A stretch of 64,000 nucleotides of DNA from Patescibacteria group bacterium. GTDB lineage: Bacteria; Patescibacteriota; Minisyncoccia; Phycocordibacterales; UBA9973. This document shows, one piece after another, positions 38,910 to 48,452 of the stretch. Every line of letters starts with the position of its first letter. Position 1 is the first letter of the stretch. The position numbers and the translations under genes are program-made. The stretch is taken from assembly GCA_038063515.1 (NCBI GenBank), contig JBBTUY010000001.1, forward strand, positions 10,972 through 74,971, written 5' to 3'. The notes beneath the pieces were generated by a model. It was not told the origin of the DNA and searched no databases. It saw nothing but the letters and a program-made list of their open reading frames with translations.

Positions 38910-39275
38910 ATGAAAAAAGAAAACACAAAAGAAATAAAGACGATAGATGCAGAAGGACGAACTCTCGGCCGTGTGGCTTCAGAGGTCGCTATGTCTTTAA
39001 TGGGTAAGACAAAGGCTACATTTGAGCGTCATGTGTATTCTGGTTTTCCTGTTAAAGTTGTAAATGCTTCTAAATTAAAGATCACTCCTAAGAAGCTCGC
39101 TGAGATTTATCACACTCGCTACTCTGGTATCCCAGGAGGTTTGAGGATACTTTCAGGTACTTTCACGAAAGAGACAAAAGGCTTAAAAGAGCTTATTAGA
39201 CTTGCTACATACCAAATGCTTCCTGACAACAAGATCCGCCGAACTATGATGAAAAATCTAAAGATAGAAGATTAA
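38910..39275 (+). CDS. rplM: 50S ribosomal protein L13
   Basis: IDAEGRTLGRVASEVA...YSGIPGGL pattern. Confidence 0.85.
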   Translation: MKKENTKEIKTIDAEGRTLGRVASEVAMSLMGKTKATFERHVYSGFPVKVVNASKLKITPKKLAEIYHTRYSGIPGGLRILSGTFTKETKGLKELIRLATYQMLPDNKIRRTMMKNLKIED

Positions 39276-39286
39276 TTTAAATATAT

Positions 39287-39706
39287 ATGGAAAAAAATAC
39301 AGAAGATAAATACATAGAGGCTGTCGGACGAAGAAAAACTTCGACTGCACGAGTGCGTATCTGGGTAGCAGGACGTGCAAGCTTTAAAGTAAACCATAAG
39401 GATGCTAAAGAGTATTTTCCTACAGAAGAAGAAAGAATTTTGATATTAGATCCTATAGTAAAAGGCATAGAAGGAGAAGGTAAAAATATAAAATGGGCAG
39501 TAGAAGCACATGTGTCTGGCGGCGGCATACACTCTCAGTCTGAGGCTGTACGTCACGGACTCTCTCGTGCACTCGTAAAATACGATCTAGAGCTCCGTGG
39601 TGCTCTTAAGAGTCTTGGATTCTTAAAGCGTGACCCAAGAGCAAAAGAACGCCGTAAATTCGGTCTCAAAAAAGCTCGTAAGGCTCCAAAGTGGTCTAAA
39701 CGTTAA
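39287..39706 (+). CDS. rpsI: 30S ribosomal protein S9
   Basis: GRRKTSTARV...C-terminal KARKAPKWSKR. Confidence 0.9.
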   Translation: MEKNTEDKYIEAVGRRKTSTARVRIWVAGRASFKVNHKDAKEYFPTEEERILILDPIVKGIEGEGKNIKWAVEAHVSGGGIHSQSEAVRHGLSRALVKYDLELRGALKSLGFLKRDPRAKERRKFGLKKARKAPKWSKR

Positions 39707-39710
39707 TTAT

Positions 39711-39738
39711 AAAAATCCCCTTTATAAGAGGATTTTTT
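39711..39738 (+). terminator. Terminator hairpin AAAATCCCC...GAGGATTTTTT after rpsI
   Basis: Stem with one mismatch followed by T6. Confidence 0.55.
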
Positions 39739-39739
39739 G

Positions 39740-39748
39740 TGCTATAAT
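39740..39748 (+). promoter_or_regulatory. Extended -10 promoter TGcTATAAT, 6 nt upstream of the grpE ATG (leaderless arrangement)
   Basis: TGnTATAAT read directly at 39740-39748; ATG at 39755. Confidence 0.45.
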
Positions 39749-39754
39749 ACACAT

Positions 39755-40348
39755 ATGAGTGACGAAAATGAGCTAAATAAAGAAGAAGAAATCTCTATAC
39801 CCGAAGAGGAAACTGAGGTTGAAGAATTTGAATTCAATGATGACGGGGAGGAGGATTTAAAGAAAACTCTTAAGAAATTAAGGGTGGATTTGAAAGTTGC
39901 TAAGAAAGAAAAAGAAGAATACCTGACAGGCTGGCAGAAAGAGCGAGCGGACTTTATAAATTACAAAAAAGAAGAGGCGACCAGACAGAGCATGATGTCA
40001 AATGTTTTTCGTGAAAGTATAATTTCAGAATTTTTATCTGTGGCAGATAGCTTTGATGTGGCATTTTCCAACAAGGAGGCATGGGAAAAAGTAGATGCAA
40101 ACTGGCGTACAGGCGTCGAGTACATTTATTCTCAAATGAATGGCATCTTTGAAAATTACGGAGTGAAAAGCTTGGGTGTAGAAGGAGAGAATTTTGATCC
40201 CAATATTCACCAGTCTATAGAAGTAGTAGATACAGACAAAAAAGATCTTGATCACAAAGTAGCAAAAGTAATTCAAAAAGGTTATAAGCTCGGCGAACGA
40301 GTCATGCGCCCTGCTCGGGTAAATGTATACGAATACAAAGATTTGTAG
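39755..40348 (+). CDS. grpE: Nucleotide exchange factor GrpE
   Basis: RADFINYKKE (GrpE RxEFxNYRKR-like) and C-terminal GYKLGERVMRPARVNV. Confidence 0.8.
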   Translation: MSDENELNKEEEISIPEEETEVEEFEFNDDGEEDLKKTLKKLRVDLKVAKKEKEEYLTGWQKERADFINYKKEEATRQSMMSNVFRESIISEFLSVADSFDVAFSNKEAWEKVDANWRTGVEYIYSQMNGIFENYGVKSLGVEGENFDPNIHQSIEVVDTDKKDLDHKVAKVIQKGYKLGERVMRPARVNVYEYKDL

Positions 40349-40364
40349 ACGTCCGACGTCTACA
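40344..40364. repeat. Perfect palindrome TGTAGACGTC-C-GACGTCTACA spanning the grpE stop codon
   Basis: 10-bp arms read directly. Followed by A5 rather than a T-run, so it is not a canonical terminator. Confidence 0.4.
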
Positions 40365-40402
40365 AAAAGCTTAGTTTATCATATATGATATATTAAGGAT
40401 TT

Positions 40403-42094
40403 ATGAAAAGTGAAACTAAAAACTGCCAGAATTGTAAAAAAGATTTCGTAATAGAAACTGAGGATTTTGACTTTTATGAAAAGATAAAAGTGCCTCCACC
40501 GACGTGGTGCCCAGAGTGTAGGCAAGTACGTCGCTATGCTTGGAGAAATGAACGTACTCTGTACAGGAGAAACTGTGATCTCTGTAAGAAAAATATGGTG
40601 ACAATATATTCACCGAACAAACCATTTGTAGTGTATTGCAATGAATGCTGGTGGGGTGATGGCTGGGATCCAGCTTCGTATGCCAAAGATTTTGACTTTT
40701 CAAGGCCATTTTTCGAGCAATTTTCTGAGCTCCAGCACGAAGTCCCCCGTATGGCACTTTTAAATAAAAATAGTACTAATTCAGAGTATACTAACCATGC
40801 CGCTAATAATAAAAATTGTTATCTATCATTTACACTTATTGATGATGAAAATGTTATGTATAGTGCGTGGGTTGTAAAATCTCGTGATTGTGTAGATTGT
40901 AGTTTTATATATGAGAAAGGGGAGCGGCTTTATGAAGTAATTGATTCCCGTACTTGTTATCAGTGTCAGTACGGACTTTTTTTTAAAGACTGTTCGTCAG
41001 TGTATTACTCTTATGATTGCCATAGTTGCAATGAATGCTTTTTATCTTCAAATTTACGTAATAAAAGTTATGTTTTTAAAAATGTTCAATACTCGAGGGA
41101 AGAATATTTAGAAAAAATAAAAGAATATAATTTATCTTCTTTTGAAGTACGACAGAAATTAAATGAAGAATTTAAAAATCTATTGGAAAATATTGCTGTC
41201 CACAAGTATGTCGTCAATGAAAGAAACGTAAATTCTACAGGGTCCTTAATTTATGACTGTAAGGATGTAAATAAGGCATTTGAAGTTTATAAAGGAGAAA
41301 ATGGTAAATATATTTATGGTGCAATAAATATAAAAGACTCTATGGATTTGTACCACATAGATGGAGCTGAGTTGTGCTATGAGGTTCATGCTGGTATTAG
41401 AAATACTAATTCCCAGTTTATTACTCTCTGCTATGATAATACTTATATCATTTATAGTGATACCTGTCATAACAGTCAAAACCTTTTCGGCTGTGTTAGC
41501 GTCAAGAAAGGTGAATATGTGATTTTAAATAAGAAATACAGTAAAGAGGATTATCTTATTTTAAGAGAAAAGATTATTGAACATATGAAAAAGGGAGGGG
41601 AATACGGAGAATTTTTTCCTCCCTCCATTGCTCCTGTCACCTACAATGAGACTCAGGGGAATTTATATGAGCCTATGACCAAAGAGGAGGTCTTGGCTAA
41701 GGGATGGAACTGGGAAGAAAATGTACCAGGGACATTTGGTAAAGAAACTATTCCTCACGACCAAATACCAGACAAAATAGAAGATGTCCCCGATTCATAT
41801 TTGAAAGAGATTTTTATTTGTACCGAGTGCTCGAAGAATTACAATATTAATCAAAATGAACTTCTTTTTTATAAAAAAGAAAAAATCCCACTTCCTAGGA
41901 AATGCCCAAATTGTAGATACAAAAGGAGATTTGACTTAAGACCACTTCGCAAGTTGTGGCATCGTATTTGTATGTGCTCGCAAAAGCATAATAATCATGA
42001 AGGTAAATGTGAAGTAGAATTTGAGACCCCATATTCTCCGGATAGAGTTGAAAAAGTGTATTGCGAAAAATGCTACCAGCAAGAAGTCTACTAA
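40403..42094 (+). CDS. Cysteine-rich protein with N- and C-terminal zinc-ribbon modules and internal Cys repeats (hypothetical)
   Basis: About 40 Cys. N-terminal CQNCKKDFVIETEDFDFYEKIKVPPPTWCPECRQVRR and C-terminal CTECSKNYNINQNELLFYKKEKIPLPRKCPNCRYKRR are homologous CxxC...CPxCR ribbons. Confidence 0.5.
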   Translation: MKSETKNCQNCKKDFVIETEDFDFYEKIKVPPPTWCPECRQVRRYAWRNERTLYRRNCDLCKKNMVTIYSPNKPFVVYCNECWWGDGWDPASYAKDFDFSRPFFEQFSELQHEVPRMALLNKNSTNSEYTNHAANNKNCYLSFTLIDDENVMYSAWVVKSRDCVDCSFIYEKGERLYEVIDSRTCYQCQYGLFFKDCSSVYYSYDCHSCNECFLSSNLRNKSYVFKNVQYSREEYLEKIKEYNLSSFEVRQKLNEEFKNLLENIAVHKYVVNERNVNSTGSLIYDCKDVNKAFEVYKGENGKYIYGAINIKDSMDLYHIDGAELCYEVHAGIRNTNSQFITLCYDNTYIIYSDTCHNSQNLFGCVSVKKGEYVILNKKYSKEDYLILREKIIEHMKKGGEYGEFFPPSIAPVTYNETQGNLYEPMTKEEVLAKGWNWEENVPGTFGKETIPHDQIPDKIEDVPDSYLKEIFICTECSKNYNINQNELLFYKKEKIPLPRKCPNCRYKRRFDLRPLRKLWHRICMCSQKHNNHEGKCEVEFETPYSPDRVEKVYCEKCYQQEVY

Positions 42095-42097
42095 AAT

Positions 42098-42676
42098 TTA
42101 TTTACAAAAACTCTCTAAAAGTATTTTCTTAGTTTCTTCGTCTATCATTTGAGTGACGATGATCATGATCTCAGTTGTAAATCCGAGATCTTTTTTAATA
42201 TTTATAAAAAGATGTTCGTACGGGTAGGGGGATATCCATGCAGAATTTTTAAGACATACAAAGCCTGCTTTTTTAAGGAGATAACGCATGCTTTCGCGTT
42301 CACTTTTTCTATCTTCTGGTATGTCGAGAAGTATGATCCTCCAATATCCATCCCACTTGGTGCTCACCATTCCTGTAGTGTTTTCTAGTTTGAGGCTATG
42401 AGTCTTTTTCTTACCTTCTTTTGTGAGTCTCACATAATCATTTTGAGGAGAAGAGATTTGCTCTATAAGCCCAGCTTCCCGGAGTCCTTTGAGGGATCGG
42501 GTAATAGCGTATTTCTGATCAGATAGAGGTTTAGCCTCTATCTTAGAATTATTTAAATTACTTAGGTGTCCAACACCTAAGTTGTGTATTTCAGACAGGG
42601 AAATAGCGGGTTTTTGACCTAAAATCCTTAATATTTTCTTTGAGTATTGATTGTCTTTCTTGTCTTTGCTTGACAT
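42098..42676 (-). CDS. Winged-HTH transcriptional regulator, PaaX-like C-terminal domain (tentative)
   Basis: N-terminal wHTH (KKILRILGQKPAISLSEI), C-terminal WDGYWRIILLDIPEDRKSERESMRYLLKKAGF resembling PaaX_C. Divergent from dnaK. Confidence 0.4.
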   Translation of the reverse strand: MSSKDKKDNQYSKKILRILGQKPAISLSEIHNLGVGHLSNLNNSKIEAKPLSDQKYAITRSLKGLREAGLIEQISSPQNDYVRLTKEGKKKTHSLKLENTTGMVSTKWDGYWRIILLDIPEDRKSERESMRYLLKKAGFVCLKNSAWISPYPYEHLFINIKKDLGFTTEIMIIVTQMIDEETKKILLESFCK

Positions 42677-42784
42677 GCATATATATTATCATATATACTA
42701 CTTTATACAAGTATTTGGTGGTCACGAAATACCTGTAAATATTAAAAAATATCATTAAAATTATTAAATAATCAAACAAAATAT

Positions 42785-44701
42785 ATGTCAAAAATAATAG
42801 GTATAGATTTAGGTACAACAAACTCAGCGGTCGCTTTCATCGAAGGTGGAGCACCAAAAATAATAGAAAACATAGAAGGCTCTCGTACGACTCCTTCGAT
42901 AGTTTCTGTTGCTAAAAATGGAGATAGACTCGTCGGTCTCCTTGCAAAGAGACAAGCCGTCACAAATCCAGAAAATACTGTTTACGGTATCAAGCGTTTT
43001 ATGGGTCACAATTTTGAAGATCCAGAAGTGCAGAAGGACTTAAAAAATGCATCTTTCAAAATTCAAAAAGGAACAAATGGTGGTGTTGAAGTAAAGATTG
43101 GTGATAAATGGATGAGACCAGAAGAAATCTCTGCAATGATTTTAGGTAAAATAAAGGCAGACGTAGAAGCAAAACTCGGAGAGAAGATAACAGAAGCTGT
43201 GATTACAGTTCCTGCATATTTTAACGATGCTCAGAGAAAAGCTACAAAAGACGCAGGTGCAGTCGCAGGACTTGATGTAAAGCGTATTATAAACGAGCCT
43301 ACAGCAGCAGCGCTCGCATACGGATTTAATAAAAAGAAAAATGAAAAAATAGTAGTCTACGACTTCGGTGGAGGAACATTTGATGTATCTGTGCTCGAGA
43401 TTGGTGACGACGTTATCGAAGTTAAGTCTACAGACGGAGACAGTCACTTAGGTGGTCGTGATATAGATCACAAGATCATCGCATGGATCGCGGAAGAGTA
43501 TAAGAAGACTTCAGGTGTAGATGTACGCAACGACAAGCTCGCATTACAGAGACTCGATGAGGCGGCAGAAAAAGCGAAGATCGAACTTTCTACTTCTATA
43601 GAAACAGAAATAAATATTCCATTTATAACTTCTACAGCCGAAGGCCCTCAGCACTTACTTTTGAAGATGACACGTGCACAACTCGAAGCTATAGCAGAAG
43701 AATATATAAACCGTTCTATAGAGATCACAAAGCGTGCTATGTCTGCATCTGGTTTTAAAATGGAAGACATGAATGAGATCATCATGGTCGGAGGTCAAAC
43801 AAGAATGCCTAGAATAGTGGAGGAAGTTAAAAAAGTTTTTGGTAAAACTCCAAACCTTTCTATAAATCCTGACGAAGTGGTAGCGCTCGGTGCTGCGGTG
43901 CAGGCTGGAGTATTGCAGGGTGATGTGCGTGATGTACTTCTTCTCGATGTTATACCTCTTTCTCTCGGTATTGAGACTCTAGGAGGAGTAGCGACAAAGT
44001 TAGTCGAAAGAAATACAACTATCCCATCAAATAAATCTCAGACTTTTTCTACAGCTGCTGACAACCAGACTTCTGTGGAGATACACATAGTCCAAGGTGA
44101 GCGTCCAATGGCGTCTGATAACAAATCTCTAGGAAGATTCATCTTAGATGGAGTTCCACCAGCACCACGCGGTATGCCTCAGATCGAAGTATCTTTTGAT
44201 GTGGATGCAAACGGAATACTAAATGTTACTGCAAAGGATAAAGCTTCAGGTAAAACACAATCCATAAAGATCGAAGCAAGCTCTGGACTTAAAGATGAAG
44301 ACATAAAGAAAATGCAGGCTGATGCTGAGCTTCATGCAGACGAAGATAAAAAGAAGAGAGAATTAGTAGATGTGAAGAATACAGCAGAGATGATCATCTA
44401 CACTGCGGAGAAAGCTATTAAAGATGCTGGTGATAAAATTCCTGCTGAATTAAAAACAGAAGTAGAATCCAAGATCGCTATAGTAAAAAGTGTCAAAGAT
44501 GGCACTGACGAGCTTGCGATAAAGAAAGCTACAGAAGAGCTATCTAATGAAATGTCAAAGATCGGTGAAGCGATGCAAAAAGCAGGCGCAACTGATTCAG
44601 CCTCTTCAGGACCTTCAACTCCCGAAGAACAGCCAGCAGAAGTCAATGACGCTGAATTTAAAGAAAAAGAAGGAGGAGAGGGAGAGCAACCCAAAGCATA
44701 A
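42785..44701 (+). CDS. dnaK: Chaperone DnaK (Hsp70)
   Basis: [23 protein letters not shown] and the full NBD plus SBD organisation. Confidence 0.95.
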   Translation: MSKIIGIDLGTTNSAVAFIEGGAPKIIENIEGSRTTPSIVSVAKNGDRLVGLLAKRQAVTNPENTVYGIKRFMGHNFEDPEVQKDLKNASFKIQKGTNGGVEVKIGDKWMRPEEISAMILGKIKADVEAKLGEKITEAVITVPAYFNDAQRKATKDAGAVAGLDVKRIINEPTAAALAYGFNKKKNEKIVVYDFGGGTFDVSVLEIGDDVIEVKSTDGDSHLGGRDIDHKIIAWIAEEYKKTSGVDVRNDKLALQRLDEAAEKAKIELSTSIETEINIPFITSTAEGPQHLLLKMTRAQLEAIAEEYINRSIEITKRAMSASGFKMEDMNEIIMVGGQTRMPRIVEEVKKVFGKTPNLSINPDEVVALGAAVQAGVLQGDVRDVLLLDVIPLSLGIETLGGVATKLVERNTTIPSNKSQTFSTAADNQTSVEIHIVQGERPMASDNKSLGRFILDGVPPAPRGMPQIEVSFDVDANGILNVTAKDKASGKTQSIKIEASSGLKDEDIKKMQADAELHADEDKKKRELVDVKNTAEMIIYTAEKAIKDAGDKIPAELKTEVESKIAIVKSVKDGTDELAIKKATEELSNEMSKIGEAMQKAGATDSASSGPSTPEEQPAEVNDAEFKEKEGGEGEQPKA

Positions 44702-44740
44702 ACTTTAAACTTGTTCAACATTCGGTATTGAACATTACTA

Positions 44741-44770
44741 AAAAGCCCTAAAATAAAGAGGGGCTTTTTA
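44741..44770 (+). terminator. Terminator hairpin AAGCCCT...AGGGCTT plus T5 after dnaK
   Basis: 7-bp stem with a U-run. Confidence 0.65.
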
Positions 44771-44831
44771 GTTCTCTATTTATTGCTGTGTTGTTCATGC
44801 TCTTCATTTGTTGTGATATAATATAAATCAT

Positions 44832-46916
44832 ATGGAATTTCCAGAAATACCTAAAAATAGAGATATAACCTATTTGGGTCTTACCACGTATAGAGATAAA
44901 AATACGCTCTTCGGCATAAAGCGTAAAGACAGGCGTCAGCATGTATACATTCTCGGAAAGTCCGGTACAGGTAAGTCTGTACTCATGTTTAATATGATTA
45001 TACAAAACATCCAGAATGGGGACGGTGTTTGTTTAGTTGACCCTCACGGAGAAAATGTTGAAGGAGTGCTTTCTTCTATTCCTCCACACAGAGTAAAGGA
45101 TGTAGTTTATTTTAACCCTGCAGATACGGAGCACCATATTGGTTTTAATGTTTTAGAATTAGTTGACCCTCAATACAAGCACCTAGTAGCTTCTGGGCTC
45201 ATGGGAATCTTTACAAAGATATGGGCAAATGCATGGTCTGCTCGTATGGAATACATTTTAAACAATACTATTCTTGCACTTCTTGATACTCCAGGTTCTA
45301 CAATGCTCGGCATTCCTCGAATGCTCGTAGACAAAGATTATCGTCAGAAAATAATTTCAAATTTAAAAGACCCTGTCATTAAAGCCTTCTGGGTGCATGA
45401 ATATGAAGCATGGCAAGATAAATTTAGAAATGAAGCAATAGCACCAATACAAAACAAAGTAGGGCAATTCCTCTCTACGTCTATCATAAGAAATGTTGTC
45501 GGGCAGTCAAAGAGCACTATAGACATTTTCAACATGATGAATGAGGGAAAGATTTTCCTTGTGAATGTTTCTAAGGGTCGCATAGGTGAGGACAACTCTG
45601 CGTTGCTTGGAGGTATGATCATTACCAAGATCCAGCTTGCAGCCATGGAGCGTGTGAGAATTCCTGAAGATTCTCGTCGTGACTTTTATTTATATGTCGA
45701 CGAATTTCAAAATTTCGTTACAGATGCTTTTGCTGGGATTTTGTCTGAGGCTCGAAAATACCGACTAAACCTTACAGTGGCTCACCAGTACACAGCTCAG
45801 CTCGTCTCAGACAAGAGTACGGCAGTGCGTGACGCAGTCTTCGGTAACGTAGGAACCATGATCATTTTTCGTGTCGGTTCTGACGACGCAGAATTCTTAG
45901 AAAAAGAATTTGATCCAGAGTTTACTCCACAGGATATTGTAAATCTTCCAAACTATAAAATTTATCTAAAGCTCATGATAGACGGCGTGACTTCTCGCCC
46001 ATTTTCTTCGAGGACGTTACCTCCTATGGTAAAGTCTGGAAATAAAGAAATAGAAGAGGCTGTTATAAAGTCTTCTCGCGAGCTTTATTGTAAATCAAAA
46101 GAAGAAATAGAAAGAGAAATAAATAATTGGAGTGGCATGTCTCTCGGTGGTGAAGGAGGCGAGTCGGTGAATCAGCCTACGGGTAAATTTGAAATTACAT
46201 GCTCTGCATGTAAGAAGCAGACCACTGTGCCATTTAAGCCTGAGGGAGGTAGGCCCGTGTATTGTAAGGAATGTATGGCAAAGATAAAATCAGGGGAGTT
46301 AAAAGTACAAAAAGGAAAAGACGATCAGATTAAATACGATGATTCAAAGTTTTACAAACCTCTTGCTGATCTTGGTATAGAATACAAGCCTAAGGATGAA
46401 GGCGTAAAATCTGTCATTAATTCTGCCATTAATAAGGAATTAAAAGAAGTAAAGGAGGTTCCTAAAGAAATGCAAAAAGAAAAGGTTGTAAAAAAAGAGG
46501 AAGAAAAACCTCCTTACGTGCAAAAACAAGAAGTTTCACCCCTTAAACAAGCCTTAAATAAAATTACAGAGATAATAAAAACAGAGCCTGCTCCTGTAGT
46601 GGAAGAAGTAAAGGAAACAATAAATAAAGAAGAACCTTCTCCGGAACTTTTAAAAGAGAAAATAAAAGTAATTGCAAAAAAGTCTACAATAGTAACCACC
46701 TCAAAAGATAAATCTGCAAGTAAAGAAGATATGAAAAAACTAAGAGACTTCTTGGCTTCTGCCCCTATGAAACAAACTGAAGAAAATACTAAAAAAGAAA
46801 TTCCTGAAATACAAAAAGAGCCAGAAGTAAAGCCAAGTGAAGAGGATGTTGTACCTCTTCCTAAAAAGCCAAAAGAAGTTCCAGAGGAAGTTTTACGAAA
46901 GATCTTAGAAGATTAA
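44832..46916 (+). CDS. Soluble VirD4/TraG-like (type IV coupling protein family) P-loop ATPase with C-terminal zinc ribbon and Lys/Glu-rich disordered tail
   Basis: Walker A ILGKSGTGKS, then CLVDPHGE; Walker B YLYVDEFQNF; ARKYRLNLTVAHQYTAQL (T4CP RKYG...Q..QL-like). CSACKK...RPVYCKECM ribbon. No TM helices. Confidence 0.55.
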   Translation: MEFPEIPKNRDITYLGLTTYRDKNTLFGIKRKDRRQHVYILGKSGTGKSVLMFNMIIQNIQNGDGVCLVDPHGENVEGVLSSIPPHRVKDVVYFNPADTEHHIGFNVLELVDPQYKHLVASGLMGIFTKIWANAWSARMEYILNNTILALLDTPGSTMLGIPRMLVDKDYRQKIISNLKDPVIKAFWVHEYEAWQDKFRNEAIAPIQNKVGQFLSTSIIRNVVGQSKSTIDIFNMMNEGKIFLVNVSKGRIGEDNSALLGGMIITKIQLAAMERVRIPEDSRRDFYLYVDEFQNFVTDAFAGILSEARKYRLNLTVAHQYTAQLVSDKSTAVRDAVFGNVGTMIIFRVGSDDAEFLEKEFDPEFTPQDIVNLPNYKIYLKLMIDGVTSRPFSSRTLPPMVKSGNKEIEEAVIKSSRELYCKSKEEIEREINNWSGMSLGGEGGESVNQPTGKFEITCSACKKQTTVPFKPEGGRPVYCKECMAKIKSGELKVQKGKDDQIKYDDSKFYKPLADLGIEYKPKDEGVKSVINSAINKELKEVKEVPKEMQKEKVVKKEEEKPPYVQKQEVSPLKQALNKITEIIKTEPAPVVEEVKETINKEEPSPELLKEKIKVIAKKSTIVTTSKDKSASKEDMKKLRDFLASAPMKQTEENTKKEIPEIQKEPEVKPSEEDVVPLPKKPKEVPEEVLRKILED

Positions 46917-46931
46917 TTTAATAATTTATAT

Positions 46932-48410
46932 ATGCCAAAGCCAAATAGAATACAAATAATAAAATACGGTCCACCACCACCAGAACTTCCTGTTTTCGGT
47001 AAGGTAAAACCTGAAGACGTATCTTTTATAGGCCGTACGAATTACGTGGCTGCACTTGAAGAAAAGAAATTCGTCTTTGGTATCAAAAGGGTAGATAGGA
47101 GAAGGCACCTATACATCATAGGAAAGTCGGGAGTGGGGAAGACTAAGCTTCTTGAGCTTTTTTTGCGTCAGGATATCACCTATGGACATGGACTTTGTCT
47201 CATAGACCCTCACGGAGACGTGATAGACGCAATGCTTGATTATATTCCTAAGGAACGCATTGATGACGTATGTATTATAGACCCATCTGATATTGATTTC
47301 CCTGCATCATTTAATCCTCTTTCAAACGTGGATCCTATGTTTAAGTTTCAGCTTACGCAAGGACTCATCGAAGTTTTCCAAAAGCAATTCGGAGCCAACT
47401 GGACTCCACGTCTTGAGCACGTTTTTCGTTTCACTTGCCTTGCACTTCTAGACTATCCTCATGCGACGATGCGTGGAATGATATCAATGCTTACAGATAG
47501 AAACTACAGACAGAAAGTTGTGGAATACATCACAGATGACATGGTGAAAAGATTCTTCGCTATTGAATTCGCTGATTGGTCTGAGAAGTTCGATACTGAC
47601 GCTATAATCCCGCTTGTAAACAAACTAGGACAATTTCTCTCTGACCCACTGCTACGTAATATTTTCGGTCAGAAACAAAACAAAATAGACATAAGCAAGC
47701 TCATGAATACTCAAAAGATAATTTTTATTAATTTATCTAAGGGTCGCCTCGGTGAGGAGAATTCTTCATTTCTCGGTTCTATGTTTTTAACAAAGATAAA
47801 ACAAGCAGGCATGGAGCGTGCAGGTATGCCAGAGAGTGCACGTAAAGACTTCTACATATATGTGGATGAGTTTCAGAATGTTGTGACGCAAACATTTGAA
47901 AATATTTTATCTGAGGCCCGTAAGTACGGACTCAATCTCACCATGGCTCACCAGTATGTGGGACAAATAATCACAAAAGTTCACCAAGCTGTACTTGGTA
48001 ACTGCGGTAGTATTATTACTTTTCGTATAGGTGGTGAAGATGCAGTGAAATTAAAACCAGAATTTTCCCCACTTTTTGATGTTAAAGATATGATCAATCT
48101 CGCTGTGACAGAATTTTATATAAAAATGACTATTGATGGTGAATCTTACGATCCATTTTCAGCTGAGACTTTACGAGTTTTACCTCCAACGCACGAGTCT
48201 TATAGAGAAGAAATAATTGCTGCATCTAGAGCAAAATATTCAATACCCAAAGATGATGCACAGAAATTAATTGCTGAAGAAGAAGCCACTATCATCAGAA
48301 GCGTCGAAGAAAAGGCTATGATCGAAGGTAAAGCAAAGAATAAAGACGGTATGGGTAATGAAACAACAGAAACTCCAAAAGTAAAAGAAGAAGTGCAGCC
48401 AATGATATAA
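46932..48410 (+). CDS. Soluble VirD4/TraG-like P-loop ATPase, paralog of the upstream gene
   Basis: IIGKSGVGKT / CLIDPHGD / YIYVDEFQNV / ARKYGLNLTMAHQYVGQI in the same order as in 44832-46916. Confidence 0.55.
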   Translation: MPKPNRIQIIKYGPPPPELPVFGKVKPEDVSFIGRTNYVAALEEKKFVFGIKRVDRRRHLYIIGKSGVGKTKLLELFLRQDITYGHGLCLIDPHGDVIDAMLDYIPKERIDDVCIIDPSDIDFPASFNPLSNVDPMFKFQLTQGLIEVFQKQFGANWTPRLEHVFRFTCLALLDYPHATMRGMISMLTDRNYRQKVVEYITDDMVKRFFAIEFADWSEKFDTDAIIPLVNKLGQFLSDPLLRNIFGQKQNKIDISKLMNTQKIIFINLSKGRLGEENSSFLGSMFLTKIKQAGMERAGMPESARKDFYIYVDEFQNVVTQTFENILSEARKYGLNLTMAHQYVGQIITKVHQAVLGNCGSIITFRIGGEDAVKLKPEFSPLFDVKDMINLAVTEFYIKMTIDGESYDPFSAETLRVLPPTHESYREEIIAASRAKYSIPKDDAQKLIAEEEATIIRSVEEKAMIEGKAKNKDGMGNETTETPKVKEEVQPMI

Positions 48411-48452
48411 ATATTTTCTTGACCAAAGTGTATCTATAAGTATAATACGACT

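Noticed and set aside
42098-42676. Heat-shock repressor HrcA, or a Cas2-like protein
   Set aside because: It is too short for HrcA (192 vs about 340 aa) and no CIRCE inverted repeat (TTAGCACTC-N9-GAGTGCTAA) was found near grpE or dnaK. Cas2 was considered because of the xxILLDIPED segment, but there is no cas1 or array, and the N-terminal wHTH favours a PaaX-like regulator.
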